Assembly: GCA_042408215.1 (NCBI GenBank)
Contig: JAYFMW010000017.1
Span: 256,001-320,000 of the forward strand
Source: Microcoleus sp.
GTDB lineage: Bacteria; Cyanobacteriota; Cyanobacteriia; Cyanobacteriales; Microcoleaceae
Direction: 5' to 3'
Length of the DNA: 64,000 bases
The notes beneath the pieces were generated by a model. That model made no database searches and had not been told where the DNA came from. It saw only the letters and a program-made list of their open reading frames with translations. A program made the position numbers and the translations under genes. Every line of letters begins with the position of its first letter. Position 1 is the stretch's first letter. Of this stretch, positions 10,821-19,784 are shown one piece after another.

Positions 10821-11192
10821 AAAAAAAACTCGGTAAGTGGGAAACTCAGAGGCTTGAGCCTAGAGAGGAAAACAGCTCGGCGGTTTCAACCGCGTTGAAT
10901 CCCCAAAAGGGGTTGGAGGGGTATGGTTGCCCCTCCTTTCGAGGTATGGTTGCCTCGGTCTCCCTTGCGGGGTGATGTTAGCTTCGCCAAGGTTATAAGG
11001 GCTTGCGCCGGCTTGCAGCACTATCTCTGTTACCTTAAGACTGTTTAACCGCAAGCGACAGAGCAAGGGACTAGCTTCGCATCCACAGGGTGTCGTGACC
11101 CAAATAACGTAGTCAATGAAGACGATAGCTGGTCAGCATAACTTGCTCAATTACTCTTACAAGCTCAGTCCCTTTAGGGCTGGGTTGCTGAC
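10821..11192 (-). mobile_element. Non-autonomous IS200/IS605 (IscB-type) element inserted in the 3' end of rnb
   Basis: Homolog of 1534-1971 with the same TCAT|..TGAC junctions; precise removal restores an in-frame rnb C-terminus. Confidence 0.85.
10960..11192 (-). ncRNA. HEARO / IscB omegaRNA scaffold, copy 2
   Basis: Minus strand GTCAGCAACCCAGCCCTAAAGGGACTGAGCTTG..TGACCAG..ACGTTA..GACACC..GGATGC..CTAGTCC..GCTCTGTC..TTAAACAG..CCCCGCAAGGGAG. Confidence 0.8.
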
Positions 11193-13175
11193 TTCTTGGA
11201 AATGAACTGCGTCCGATCGCGGATCGCAGTGCGTGACTTTGACTTCTAGTCGATCGCCTATTTCGATCGATCGACCAAATCGCATGGCTAATTCTAACCC
11301 CAATTCTTCCAACAAAATCAATCCCACATTACTGTCTTCCCGTAGCCAGCGCAGCATTAAAGCCTCCCAGACTTCATCCGGGTTGCGCCGCAAATATTCC
11401 AATCCCCAATAGCGGTTGGTTTGACGTTCAACGCTAGAGGCTTCTCTGACTGCGGTGCCGAGACACATGACTATTTCCTGCATTTCTTCAGCACAAAAAG
11501 GCAACGGTTCGCCTCGCAAGTGAGCTTTGATTTGAAAGTGAGTCAGCAAGTCGGTATAGCGGCGGATCGGAGAAGTAACTTGAGTGTATGCTTCCAAACC
11601 CAAACTCGAGTGCCTTCCGGGGGTCAGACCCATTTCGCTGCGGGGCATACAGCGACGCACGGCGCAAGCCCGGGCTGGCCCGGCGGGCACAGCTAGCAGT
11701 TCTTCTTCGGGAGGAAGTTCTGGCTGGGGCTGATAGCGGTAGGGTATGGGTAGGCTGTGAACCTGACCGTAACGCGCTGCGAGTTCCCCAGCTAAAATCA
11801 TCATTTCGGCTACTAGCAATCGGGCTGTGGAGTCGTCGATGACGTGGATTTTGATGTCGTCGCCGTTGACTTTGATGACGGATTCGGGCATGAAAATGCT
11901 GATGGCGCCTTGGGTTTCTCGCCATTTTTGTCGCAGTTTTGCCAAATCCGCGATCGCACCTATTTCCGGTTCTGCTTCGATTCCCAACTCCAACATCTCG
12001 TCTACATCATCGTAGGTTAAGCGGTAGGTAGGTTTCACCGTGCTGATATGAATGCTGTAATCTTGGAATGCACCAGCTTCATCTAAGATCACACTAAAGC
12101 TGAGAGCGCTGCACTCTTGACCTTGATTTAAGCTCATCGGCCCGGTTGCCAATTCTGGGGGAAACATTGGTATCATCCCCGTGGGCAGGTAAACTGTGGT
12201 GGTGCGCTTTCTGGCTTCGAGGTCGAGTTCGTCTCCGGGGGAGAGTAAGCGAGTCGGATCGGCGATGTGTATCCACAGGCGCTGCTGGCCGTTTTCGAGG
12301 AATTCTAAGCTCAGCCCGTCGTCTATTTCGGTAGTGCTTTCGTCGTCGATCGTGTAAACCTTGAGGTGAGTTAAATCTAGACGACTGGTTTCGGAGTCCC
12401 TTGGGGGATTTTCTAGGCAGCGTTGCGCCACTTCTAATACCTTGGCGGATAGTTGTAGGGGAATTTGGCTACGCCGCAAAAACAGGTTTTCGTGGTGACT
12501 CCACAAGTCGAGATCGACTAAGAGTTGAAAGGCTGCTTCGGGTGTTTCGGGACGTTCTAAGCTGGCTAAAGTTTCTAGGGCTGGGGTGCGGTGTGTTGCT
12601 TCTTCTCCGATGGTCGCAAATCGTTCTAGGGCGTCGAGGCGAGTTCGATCGCTATTTGCCCAATCTACTTTTTCTCCTGCTAGTCGCTGCTTGACTCGAT
12701 CCCAAAATCCTTGGGATTCTTGGTGTCGCTGCTGTTCTACTTCTTGCTGGTGTTTGATTTCGGCTACTTGGGCGACGGAACGCGGTTCGTATCGATCGCC
12801 CTTTTGTTTGAAATACAGTTTATCTGTTGACAGCAAACAATAAGCTGCGTAGCACTGAGCGGAACTTTTCTCGGAAAATAGCAGCACTGCTAAGGATTCC
12901 GGGTCTGCGGTTTCTCCGTCCCCGACTAGCAGTTCCCAAGCTACCTCAAGACTCGAAGGATCTGAGTAAACTTCTACTTCTTTGAGAAATTTTGGAATGT
13001 CGGAGGGTTTGTAGGTTTCTCCGGCTATTTCGTAGGTGATTTGTTTAGGCGGTATGCTGTGCGGTTGACTGTTTTCGTCTACCAACACCCAGTTTTTTTT
13101 GCCGTCGGGGCGATCGGCAACGGCTAGACGGCGGTCGCCGTGCAGTCTAAATTCTACTAAGGTTCCCTTGTCCAC
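11157..13175 (-). CDS. rnb: Ribonuclease II/R family exoribonuclease
   Basis: TIDDESTTEIDDGLS, IHIADP, LVAEMMILA, TSPIRRYTDL; start set at GTG of VDKGTLVEF; last 11 aa come from the inserted element. Confidence 0.92.
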   Translation of the reverse strand: MDKGTLVEFRLHGDRRLAVADRPDGKKNWVLVDENSQPHSIPPKQITYEIAGETYKPSDIPKFLKEVEVYSDPSSLEVAWELLVGDGETADPESLAVLLFSEKSSAQCYAAYCLLSTDKLYFKQKGDRYEPRSVAQVAEIKHQQEVEQQRHQESQGFWDRVKQRLAGEKVDWANSDRTRLDALERFATIGEEATHRTPALETLASLERPETPEAAFQLLVDLDLWSHHENLFLRRSQIPLQLSAKVLEVAQRCLENPPRDSETSRLDLTHLKVYTIDDESTTEIDDGLSLEFLENGQQRLWIHIADPTRLLSPGDELDLEARKRTTTVYLPTGMIPMFPPELATGPMSLNQGQECSALSFSVILDEAGAFQDYSIHISTVKPTYRLTYDDVDEMLELGIEAEPEIGAIADLAKLRQKWRETQGAISIFMPESVIKVNGDDIKIHVIDDSTARLLVAEMMILAGELAARYGQVHSLPIPYRYQPQPELPPEEELLAVPAGPARACAVRRCMPRSEMGLTPGRHSSLGLEAYTQVTSPIRRYTDLLTHFQIKAHLRGEPLPFCAEEMQEIVMCLGTAVREASSVERQTNRYWGLEYLRRNPDEVWEALMLRWLREDSNVGLILLEELGLELAMRFGRSIEIGDRLEVKVTHCDPRSDAVHFQEVSNPALKGLSL

Positions 13176-13350
13176 TTGCCAGTTGTATATTTTATATTTT
13201 AGATTTTTACATTTGCCACTTGTCAAGTTTTGAGTTTGGGATTTTAGATTTTGGAGACTTGTATTTTTTCTGGTTAAATCACGTAAAAACGTTACTTTCG
13301 CCTAGCTTTTATGACCGTCCAAAATCTAAAATCTAAAATCCAAAATCCAG

Positions 13351-13566
13351 TTAACCTTCTTGGTTTACGAAGGGCATCAAAGCTACAATTCTTGCTCTTT
13401 TGATGCTTCTGGTCAGGTCTCGTTGCTGTTTTGCTGTCAAGCCTGTAATCCGCCTGGGCAGGATTTTACCCCGTTCTGTGACATATTTTTTGAGCAAATC
13501 GACATCTTTGTAGTCGATCGGATCTCCTGGTTTAATTGGCGAAACACGCCTGCGAAAGTAAGTCAT
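13351..13566 (-). CDS. rpsR: 30S ribosomal protein S18
   Basis: [35 protein letters not shown]; upstream ORF extension is STRR repeat. Confidence 0.97.
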   Translation of the reverse strand: MTYFRRRVSPIKPGDPIDYKDVDLLKKYVTERGKILPRRITGLTAKQQRDLTRSIKRARIVALMPFVNQEG

Positions 13567-13726
13567 GGTTTTTGGGTAATTGGTAATTGGGCATTGGGCA
13601 TTGGGCATTGGGCATTGGGCATTGGGCATTGGGCATTGGGCATTGGTTACTGGTAGCTCATCACAAATAACAAATAACTAATGACTAATGACTACTGACT
13701 AATGACTCATGACTAATGACTCATGA

Positions 13727-13915
13727 CTACTTGATCTCTTTGTGATTCGTGTGCTTGTTGCAGTGGGGGCAGAACTTTTTGAGTTCTAGCCGGGCCGTCG
13801 TGTTGCGACGGTTTTTGGTGGTGGTGTACCGAGAAACGCCTTTCGAGCGTTTGCTTACGTTAGTTCGGCACTCAGTACACTCTAGGGTAATTATGATGCG
13901 GACGCCTTTAGCCAT
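13727..13915 (-). CDS. rpmG: 50S ribosomal protein L33
   Basis: [34 protein letters not shown]; adjacent to rpsR. Confidence 0.97.
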   Translation of the reverse strand: MAKGVRIIITLECTECRTNVSKRSKGVSRYTTTKNRRNTTARLELKKFCPHCNKHTNHKEIK

Positions 13916-13953
13916 AATTCTAAATAAATTTCGACTAATTTAAACACAATTTA

Positions 13954-14487
13954 TTATCTTCTCACATTGCTCTGCACTTGGTCAAGCAATCTTCTAATCT
14001 TGATGTCCAGGGAGTAGCCACGGCGGGTGCCGACGATGATCGTACCGGCGAGTCGATCGTGGAAAGCTTGGGGAAACCGAGCGGTGTCGGTGCAAGCACG
14101 GCTACAGTCGATCGCCAAGGGCAACATTAGCAGCAAAACACCAGCGTTGGTGGAGGTGAGTCCCCCTATACCTGCACAGGCTAGGGCCGCGCAGGCGCCA
14201 AGCAAAGCCTCGCGTTTGCACAGTTCTTGGAGGCCGGGAGTCCGTTGCAGTCTGGGGTCTACAATTTTGATGTCTACGGCCCAGCGGCCGAGACTTTGAC
14301 CTTGGTTTTTCCTGACGATGGCTACTCGCACGATCAGCCACAGCAGGATAAAAAATATGGTTTGGACGATCGGATTAGCGCCGAGAAGCAAGCTGGGCAG
14401 CCAAACGGCGATCGCGTCGATGCCTAAGGCACCGGCGCGACGGCCGATTGATACTTTGGGCTGGAGAGGAACTAGGTCGGAACTCAT
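13954..14487 (-). CDS. RDD family membrane protein
   Basis: RRAGALGID, GQSLGRW, QAFHDRLAGT; start set at MSSDL, where identity with the duplicate begins. Confidence 0.85.
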   Translation of the reverse strand: MSSDLVPLQPKVSIGRRAGALGIDAIAVWLPSLLLGANPIVQTIFFILLWLIVRVAIVRKNQGQSLGRWAVDIKIVDPRLQRTPGLQELCKREALLGACAALACAGIGGLTSTNAGVLLLMLPLAIDCSRACTDTARFPQAFHDRLAGTIIVGTRRGYSLDIKIRRLLDQVQSNVRR

Positions 14488-14496
14488 GGGCAAAAA
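14203..14496. repeat. 294-bp direct repeat, copy A (5' part of RDD gene)
   Basis: Apparently identical to 20105-20398 (offset 5902). Confidence 0.92.
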
Positions 14497-14509
14497 AGAA
14501 TTACTTTGA

Positions 14510-14845
14510 AATGCGTAAGTCCTGTTTCTATCATAGCTGGTAAAAGTATAGTCATCTATTACAGTGCCATGGGAGGCGTTGAGTCCCTCCCCTTTCGCTT
14601 TCACTTCGAGCGGATTAACCCTTCTAAAGCTGAACTACGCAGCTCTCTATCAAGAGTGCTAAACGCATTTGGGATTGCTTTTCTCAAAATATTGTAAGAC
14701 CCGTTAACATCGGCGTTAATCAATCGACCCTTCTGACTATATGATACTACCATTGTCTATTGATGCTTACAATCTTAATGAAGTTTTACAATACCTGAAA
14801 TCAAAGGGCTTGCAGCCGTGGGGCCTAGGGTCAAGGCGCAGCTAC
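14510..14845 (-). mobile_element. tnpB-derived mini-element: last ~44 codons plus probable omegaRNA/right end; boundaries approximate
   Basis: 14735-14601 reads QKGRLINADVNGSYNILRKAIPNAFS.. (RuvC-III NAD motif; compare LNADVNGAANIIRK in the tnpB at 42249); followed by GGGAGG..CCTCCC hairpin. Confidence 0.7.
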
Positions 14846-14848
14846 ATA

Positions 14849-15136
14849 TTAATAAACTTCATCATGGCTTCCAATATCAACCAATAGAATGACCATTTCT
14901 AATAATTCCTCATCTTCAGAAAAAATAAAAATTATTCTGCAATCGTAAGCAACAGAACAAGACCATAATCCTGCCAAGTCCCCTCCTAACTTGTGAGACT
15001 TCAAAGATGGCGTAAATGGATCATCTGCCAAACGCCTTAACACCTTAGTAATTTGCTCCTTTAATTGTGGATTTTTCTTTGTAATCTTCTTGAAAGACCG
15101 ATTAAATCCACTACTCCAGACAACTTCCATCATCAT
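14849..15136 (-). CDS. Type II TA toxin, RelE/YafQ family
   Basis: F.RSFKK..LKSHKLGGDLAGLWSCSVAYDCRIIF..DIGSHDEVY. Confidence 0.9.
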   Translation of the reverse strand: MMMEVVWSSGFNRSFKKITKKNPQLKEQITKVLRRLADDPFTPSLKSHKLGGDLAGLWSCSVAYDCRIIFIFSEDEELLEMVILLVDIGSHDEVY

Positions 15137-15341
15137 CTCCTAGTAAATCTGCGATCAAATCATCAACGGTTCCCCTCTTTGCTGTCCCATTCTTAAAAGC
15201 TTCCATCACTTCCTGAGCATTAGCCAAAATTTCAGCCCGCCGATTTTCAATCCGTCGCTTGCGGATTAACTCAAACAACTGATCCTGATCTTCTATTGAT
15301 AAACTTTCCACTTGATCGATAATTTCTTGTAAAGTCATCAT
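15111..15341 (-). CDS. Putative cognate antitoxin
   Basis: Small protein with acidic C-terminus, upstream of and overlapping the toxin. Confidence 0.7.
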   Translation of the reverse strand: MMTLQEIIDQVESLSIEDQDQLFELIRKRRIENRRAEILANAQEVMEAFKNGTAKRGTVDDLIADLLGDDDGSCLE

Positions 15342-15379
15342 ACAGACTCCTCTAAAGTAAAATTGACTAAAGATTACGC

Positions 15380-15663
15380 CTAGGCCAAAACCCGATTCTT
15401 AATCAAACGGCTTAATCCCTGTTCCGTCACAATATCTACCTTACAACCTAGCATATCTTGCAAATCCATCCATAGTCCCCCTGGGAACCAAGGCGAAATT
15501 TTCTGTAAATCATAATCCACCAACAGATCAATATCACTACTCTCAGTCTCCTCACCCCGCCGCCCACCGAACCAAACACCCACAAATTAAACGCCCCATG
15601 TCGCAGCGCCACTGCCAGAATATCCTCGCGCTTGGATTGTAATAACTGTTGTAACTTCATCAT
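15380..15663 (-). pseudogene. Minimal nucleotidyltransferase (MNT), frameshifted
   Basis: Frame 1 gives KREDILAVALRHGA..VFGS; frame 2 gives RGEETESSDIDLLV..LQDMLGCKVDIV; shift near 15565. Confidence 0.8.
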
Positions 15664-15877
15664 AATATTTCCTCAAGCATCTGGATGATCTAGGGGTAGA
15701 TTGACACATGGCCGTAAATCAGCGACCTTTTTTTAATTCTGGCTCATAACCTTCTCTGCTAAACCAGTATTGTAACGGTTCATCAAAACGAGAGTTTAGG
15801 ATAGGTTCGTTTACTTCGTAGGTTATTTTTAGTAATTAGTAATTAGTCCTTGTGAATTGAGCAGCATATAATTTTTT

Positions 15878-16279
15878 TCATGCTTCATCTGACTCTTCAT
15901 CTGACTCTTCATCTGATGCTTCATCTGACTCTTGATCTGACTTTGCTCTTTTTATATCTAACATATCTAGCAATTTATCTAAACAAAACTCCGAATTAGC
16001 TGAGGCTTTTCTTTCAAAGAGATAAACATTTCTTGTGTAATCTATCAATTTGCCGGAATCTGTTTTACCATAATAATGTTCAGGGGTAACGCTAAATAAT
16101 TTCCAACCTCGACTTCCTAAGTTATTAAATAATGTAATACAGTCATCTTCCATCTTTATGTTATTTGTGTATGCCCCTCTAATTCTCAACCCATAAAAAC
16201 CATATTGTCAACCCCAAAAAATAGACAGTAATTCGTCATCGTAATAAACTATAATATATTCATATTGGGGCTTAATCAC
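15878..16279 (-). pseudogene. DUF4177-like protein with an in-frame TGA at 16208-16210
   Basis: Same frame reads VIKPQYEYIIV..WG*QYGFYGLRIRG..NNLGSRGWKLFSV..YLFER. Confidence 0.55.
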
Positions 16280-16591
16280 TATTGGTTATACCAAAGAGAG
16301 TAGTCCCCCTATAAATTCTTTGTTTTCTAAACAATTCTTGATTTTATCTGAAGTGTTCATAATAATACCCTCAAATGTTCAAATTTTTAATATCCTACAG
16401 ATCATTATCGCTTCTCAAGTTCACTCTACCAGAAAAAACCCTGGAAGGAGAATTGCGCGATCGCTCACTTTCAACAATCAACAGTATCTCACTTTTGCTG
16501 CATTACTGCATTAACCTGCAACAACTTGTAACAGCTCAACATTAGATAGCCACATAGGATACAGCGATCGCACATAGTCATGGCTTTAATT

Positions 16592-16966
16592 TCATTCTTT
16601 TGGCAAATTTGGATCTTCGCGACAAGTCGAGAGTGGTAATGCTTCACCACCTTGAATCATGAGAATCCTCATCTGACTGCTATCTACAACAACATTTAAA
16701 CAAGCACAGCTATATCCATAATTGCCATTGGTTCGCACAACTTCTTTGTCGTCACCGATGGGAATAGTTTCCATTCCTTCGGCTCGATATCCACCTTGGA
16801 TTGAAATAACCCAAGTGCCATCTCTGTCTTTTAAATACCAATTTGCTGGCGTGGGAACTTGCAACCATCCACACCTAGTTTCTGTCGCCTTAACAGGCAA
16901 AGCTATGACAGAAATAAATGAGATTATAGCCAGTATAAACAAGCTTCTTTTCATAACTATAATCAT
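16592..16966 (-). CDS. DUF4087-like secreted protein
   Basis: Signal peptide, then ETRCGWLQVPTPANWYLKDRDGTW..QGG..TNGNYGYSCAC. Confidence 0.75.
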   Translation of the reverse strand: MIIVMKRSLFILAIISFISVIALPVKATETRCGWLQVPTPANWYLKDRDGTWVISIQGGYRAEGMETIPIGDDKEVVRTNGNYGYSCACLNVVVDSSQMRILMIQGGEALPLSTCREDPNLPKE

Positions 16967-16970
16967 TTCA

Positions 16971-17576
16971 TCACCTTTTTGGCAAAGTATCACTACAACC
17001 AGCTTCTTTAAATTGTTGAAGCAACCGATTTCTATCCGCTTGGGAAATGTAACTCATTAATTTAGCTGGATCGACTAGCGGTTTAGGCCAAGCGTATTCG
17101 TAGATACCAGCTTGATTGTTGCTAGTGTTAATAAAAGTCACCCCTAAATAGTTGCCTTGTTGAACCAAAATCGTGCGTTCGCTTGTTCTGACTTGTTTAC
17201 CAGAGATAGTTCCTTGAGCAAAACTTATCCCGATGTCATTGGCTGTGGGAATAAAAGTTTCTATAATACAAACTTTACCTTTAATAGTTGAAGGGTAAAT
17301 ATTTTGTGTTTCTTCTAGCGCCGTCCATTGACCGAGAAAAGGTGCTACATCAGGATTAACTGGCAACCAAGCTCTAACAAATGCTTGCAATTTATGAGTC
17401 TCATTTTCATTACGGCGATCTCGAATATAAAAATCACGATTTCCTGGCGACGGCGAAGCCACAAAACTGAGAAACTGCTTCATTAATTGCTGTAATTCAT
17501 TTTCAGTTGGGTATCGTTTAGATTGTTGTGCAATAATTGGTAAACAGCAACCCAAAATTATAAAATTCACCATCAA
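16971..17576 (-). CDS. Hypothetical protein, possibly exported
   Basis: 201-aa ORF co-oriented with and adjacent to the DUF4087-like gene. Confidence 0.6.
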   Translation of the reverse strand: MMVNFIILGCCLPIIAQQSKRYPTENELQQLMKQFLSFVASPSPGNRDFYIRDRRNENETHKLQAFVRAWLPVNPDVAPFLGQWTALEETQNIYPSTIKGKVCIIETFIPTANDIGISFAQGTISGKQVRTSERTILVQQGNYLGVTFINTSNNQAGIYEYAWPKPLVDPAKLMSYISQADRNRLLQQFKEAGCSDTLPKR

Positions 17577-17661
17577 GGCTATTAGGCGGCGTTTTTTTCA
17601 TAAGTAATACTTTCAAGTTCTGTTAACCCTTAGTTTACCAGCAAATCAGCACATATCCTCC

Positions 17662-18363
17662 TTGCTCATAAAACCTATGTATAAGCCACCAATCGCACAA
17701 CCCCAACTCGATCGCACTGTGCTAAGTAAAATATACGCGATAGCCAAAAAAGTAGAGCGTCACAATTTGGCAAAACTAATAACCTGTGCGATTATATTAC
17801 TGCCTGCAAACCTCGCTTTTTCTACACCTATTTACTTGGGTAGCACAGCAAGTGCTGAGGCTGACAGCGCTAAATTTACTCAAAAGATTAACATCATCTT
17901 GGCTCAAGACAGCACCCAGTTACCGCTGAGCGTTCGGTATGGTGGCACAGAAGCTAGGGGAGGCTTTGTCCTCATGCAGCTTACAGTACCTGATCAAGAT
18001 ACAACTCAACCGGCTTACGGTGGCAAGCTTCGTCTCTACGATGTTCATCTTGCCAAAATGTTTGAAACTTCCCATTTTTTGTGCCAGCAATTTAGAGGCG
18101 TTTCCGGTTATGAATGGGTTTATTCAGCAGGTAATGGAAGTATTCGCATGGGAAACTTTAGAATTTCCTGTAGTTTAGCTAACGAAATGGCTTCAACCTA
18201 CGGTTTAGGTAAGTCAGAACGCACAAGTATTGCCAAAGATACGGAGGGAGGTACTCCCGAATCAGATGTCTATTCTATTCCGATCTTAGACATTAGGGGT
18301 TCTAAGATTCAGCGGTGGATTAATTTTGTGCAAAATTTTAAACCAACGAGCAGGTCGCTGTAG
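17662..18363 (+). CDS. Hypothetical protein with hydrophobic signal-like segment; start uncertain
   Basis: 233-aa ORF followed by a terminator-like hairpin. Confidence 0.6.
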   Translation: MLIKPMYKPPIAQPQLDRTVLSKIYAIAKKVERHNLAKLITCAIILLPANLAFSTPIYLGSTASAEADSAKFTQKINIILAQDSTQLPLSVRYGGTEARGGFVLMQLTVPDQDTTQPAYGGKLRLYDVHLAKMFETSHFLCQQFRGVSGYEWVYSAGNGSIRMGNFRISCSLANEMASTYGLGKSERTSIAKDTEGGTPESDVYSIPILDIRGSKIQRWINFVQNFKPTSRSL

Positions 18364-18414
18364 CAACCTGCCCAAAAATTGTGATTGGTTACAAAACTCT
18401 ACGTCTTGTCCTAA

Positions 18415-18444
18415 TTTTGGGGGTATTTCGGCTATACCCCTTTT
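18415..18444. terminator. Hairpin between convergent genes
   Basis: GGGGTAT-TTCGGCT-ATACCCC followed by TTTT. Confidence 0.5.
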
Positions 18445-19645
18445 AGCTGGTTGATTGACTAATATGTTTTATTTTTTTCTGAACTTTTGCTATCTGCCCA
18501 GGTTCAATTTCACTCATATTAACAACTTCAGAATTACTATCAATAATTAGTTTATTAATATTAATATTAAACTTATTTTCTGTATCCCATATAAGTTCCG
18601 TATTTTTTTCAGTATAGATATTTCTTGCAGCTTGGTATTTTGATAAAAATTCCTTAATATCTTTAATCTCTTCGGGAGAATTTGTGCGAATAGTTACATA
18701 ATAGCAAGCATCTTGTTTTTCTTTTTCACTCAATTTTTCAATATGTTTGAAATTTGTAAAACCACTCTCCTTTTGCTGAAAAGAATAATATCCATTTTCC
18801 AACTGGGGAAAAAAGTTCGGTTCTAGTTGAAGTTCTTTTTTGCCCACTATCTTACCTTCAAAGAAACTACCTGAATTTGAGTTAATAGAATTTCGCAAAA
18901 CTAAAGATATGTTTGTCATATTACTAATAATTTTAGGATTATCGTCATTAAAAAGCAAATGAAAGACGGTGGTGTTGTTAGTATTTCCAGCTAAACCGGT
19001 AGATGATATATTTTTCTCGTCTAACCATGACTCAAGATATAAAAAAGTTGGTTCTTGCCTTTGAGCATTTTTATATACTTCTGCTAATTTAGGATTAACT
19101 TTATGACATTGATCTTTGATCTTAACAAGCAAGTCTTTTACTTCTCGATATATTCTGTTACTTCTATCAACTAAAATCTCAAGAGATGTTTCAATGTTGA
19201 TGCCAGACAGTGCTCTCTTAGTCCAATTATGACTACCTATCCAAATACTTGCTTGTTTATTAGGAAGGTCAAACAAAAGAATCTTAGAATGCAAGAGATG
19301 ATTGTCCATAAATTTATCATACTCTGGGCTCTTCTTATCTTCTTTAGGTAAAGACTGAGTATGGAAATATACAGTCTTTGTTTTGTCCGCAATTTGACAT
19401 ACCATATCAACATTTGTTGGAAGAGATATATCAATACAAGCGAATGAATCTCCCTTAGTTAAGAGATTTACTAAATCAGAAGAAAAATACTTCTCACTTA
19501 TTGTCCAATAGGCCACAGACATTTGAAGACACTCCGCTTGCTTAATAAGCTCATTTAATCTTGGCCTTACGCTGTTATGTAATATTGTACTATATAAGTT
19601 AGTTTGAATTGACATACTGATTCTCCTAAATTTATTAAATTTCAA
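18443..19645 (-). CDS. PLD (HKD) superfamily nuclease-like protein with unknown C-terminal domain
   Basis: SVAYW, HSKILLFD, WIGSHNWT..ALSGINIE; visibly AT-rich; true start may be MSIQTN. Confidence 0.8.
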   Translation of the reverse strand: MKFNKFRRISMSIQTNLYSTILHNSVRPRLNELIKQAECLQMSVAYWTISEKYFSSDLVNLLTKGDSFACIDISLPTNVDMVCQIADKTKTVYFHTQSLPKEDKKSPEYDKFMDNHLLHSKILLFDLPNKQASIWIGSHNWTKRALSGINIETSLEILVDRSNRIYREVKDLLVKIKDQCHKVNPKLAEVYKNAQRQEPTFLYLESWLDEKNISSTGLAGNTNNTTVFHLLFNDDNPKIISNMTNISLVLRNSINSNSGSFFEGKIVGKKELQLEPNFFPQLENGYYSFQQKESGFTNFKHIEKLSEKEKQDACYYVTIRTNSPEEIKDIKEFLSKYQAARNIYTEKNTELIWDTENKFNININKLIIDSNSEVVNMSEIEPGQIAKVQKKIKHISQSTS

Positions 19646-19784
19646 GTTACACTAAACACTTTCATTGAATGTATAACTCAATAGTTTTTCGACCTCTACA
19701 GTATCACTCTTTACTGCGTTACTGCTTTAATCCTTAACAATTTGTAACTCGTCACCATCTGTTACCCTGTACGCAAACAACCCT

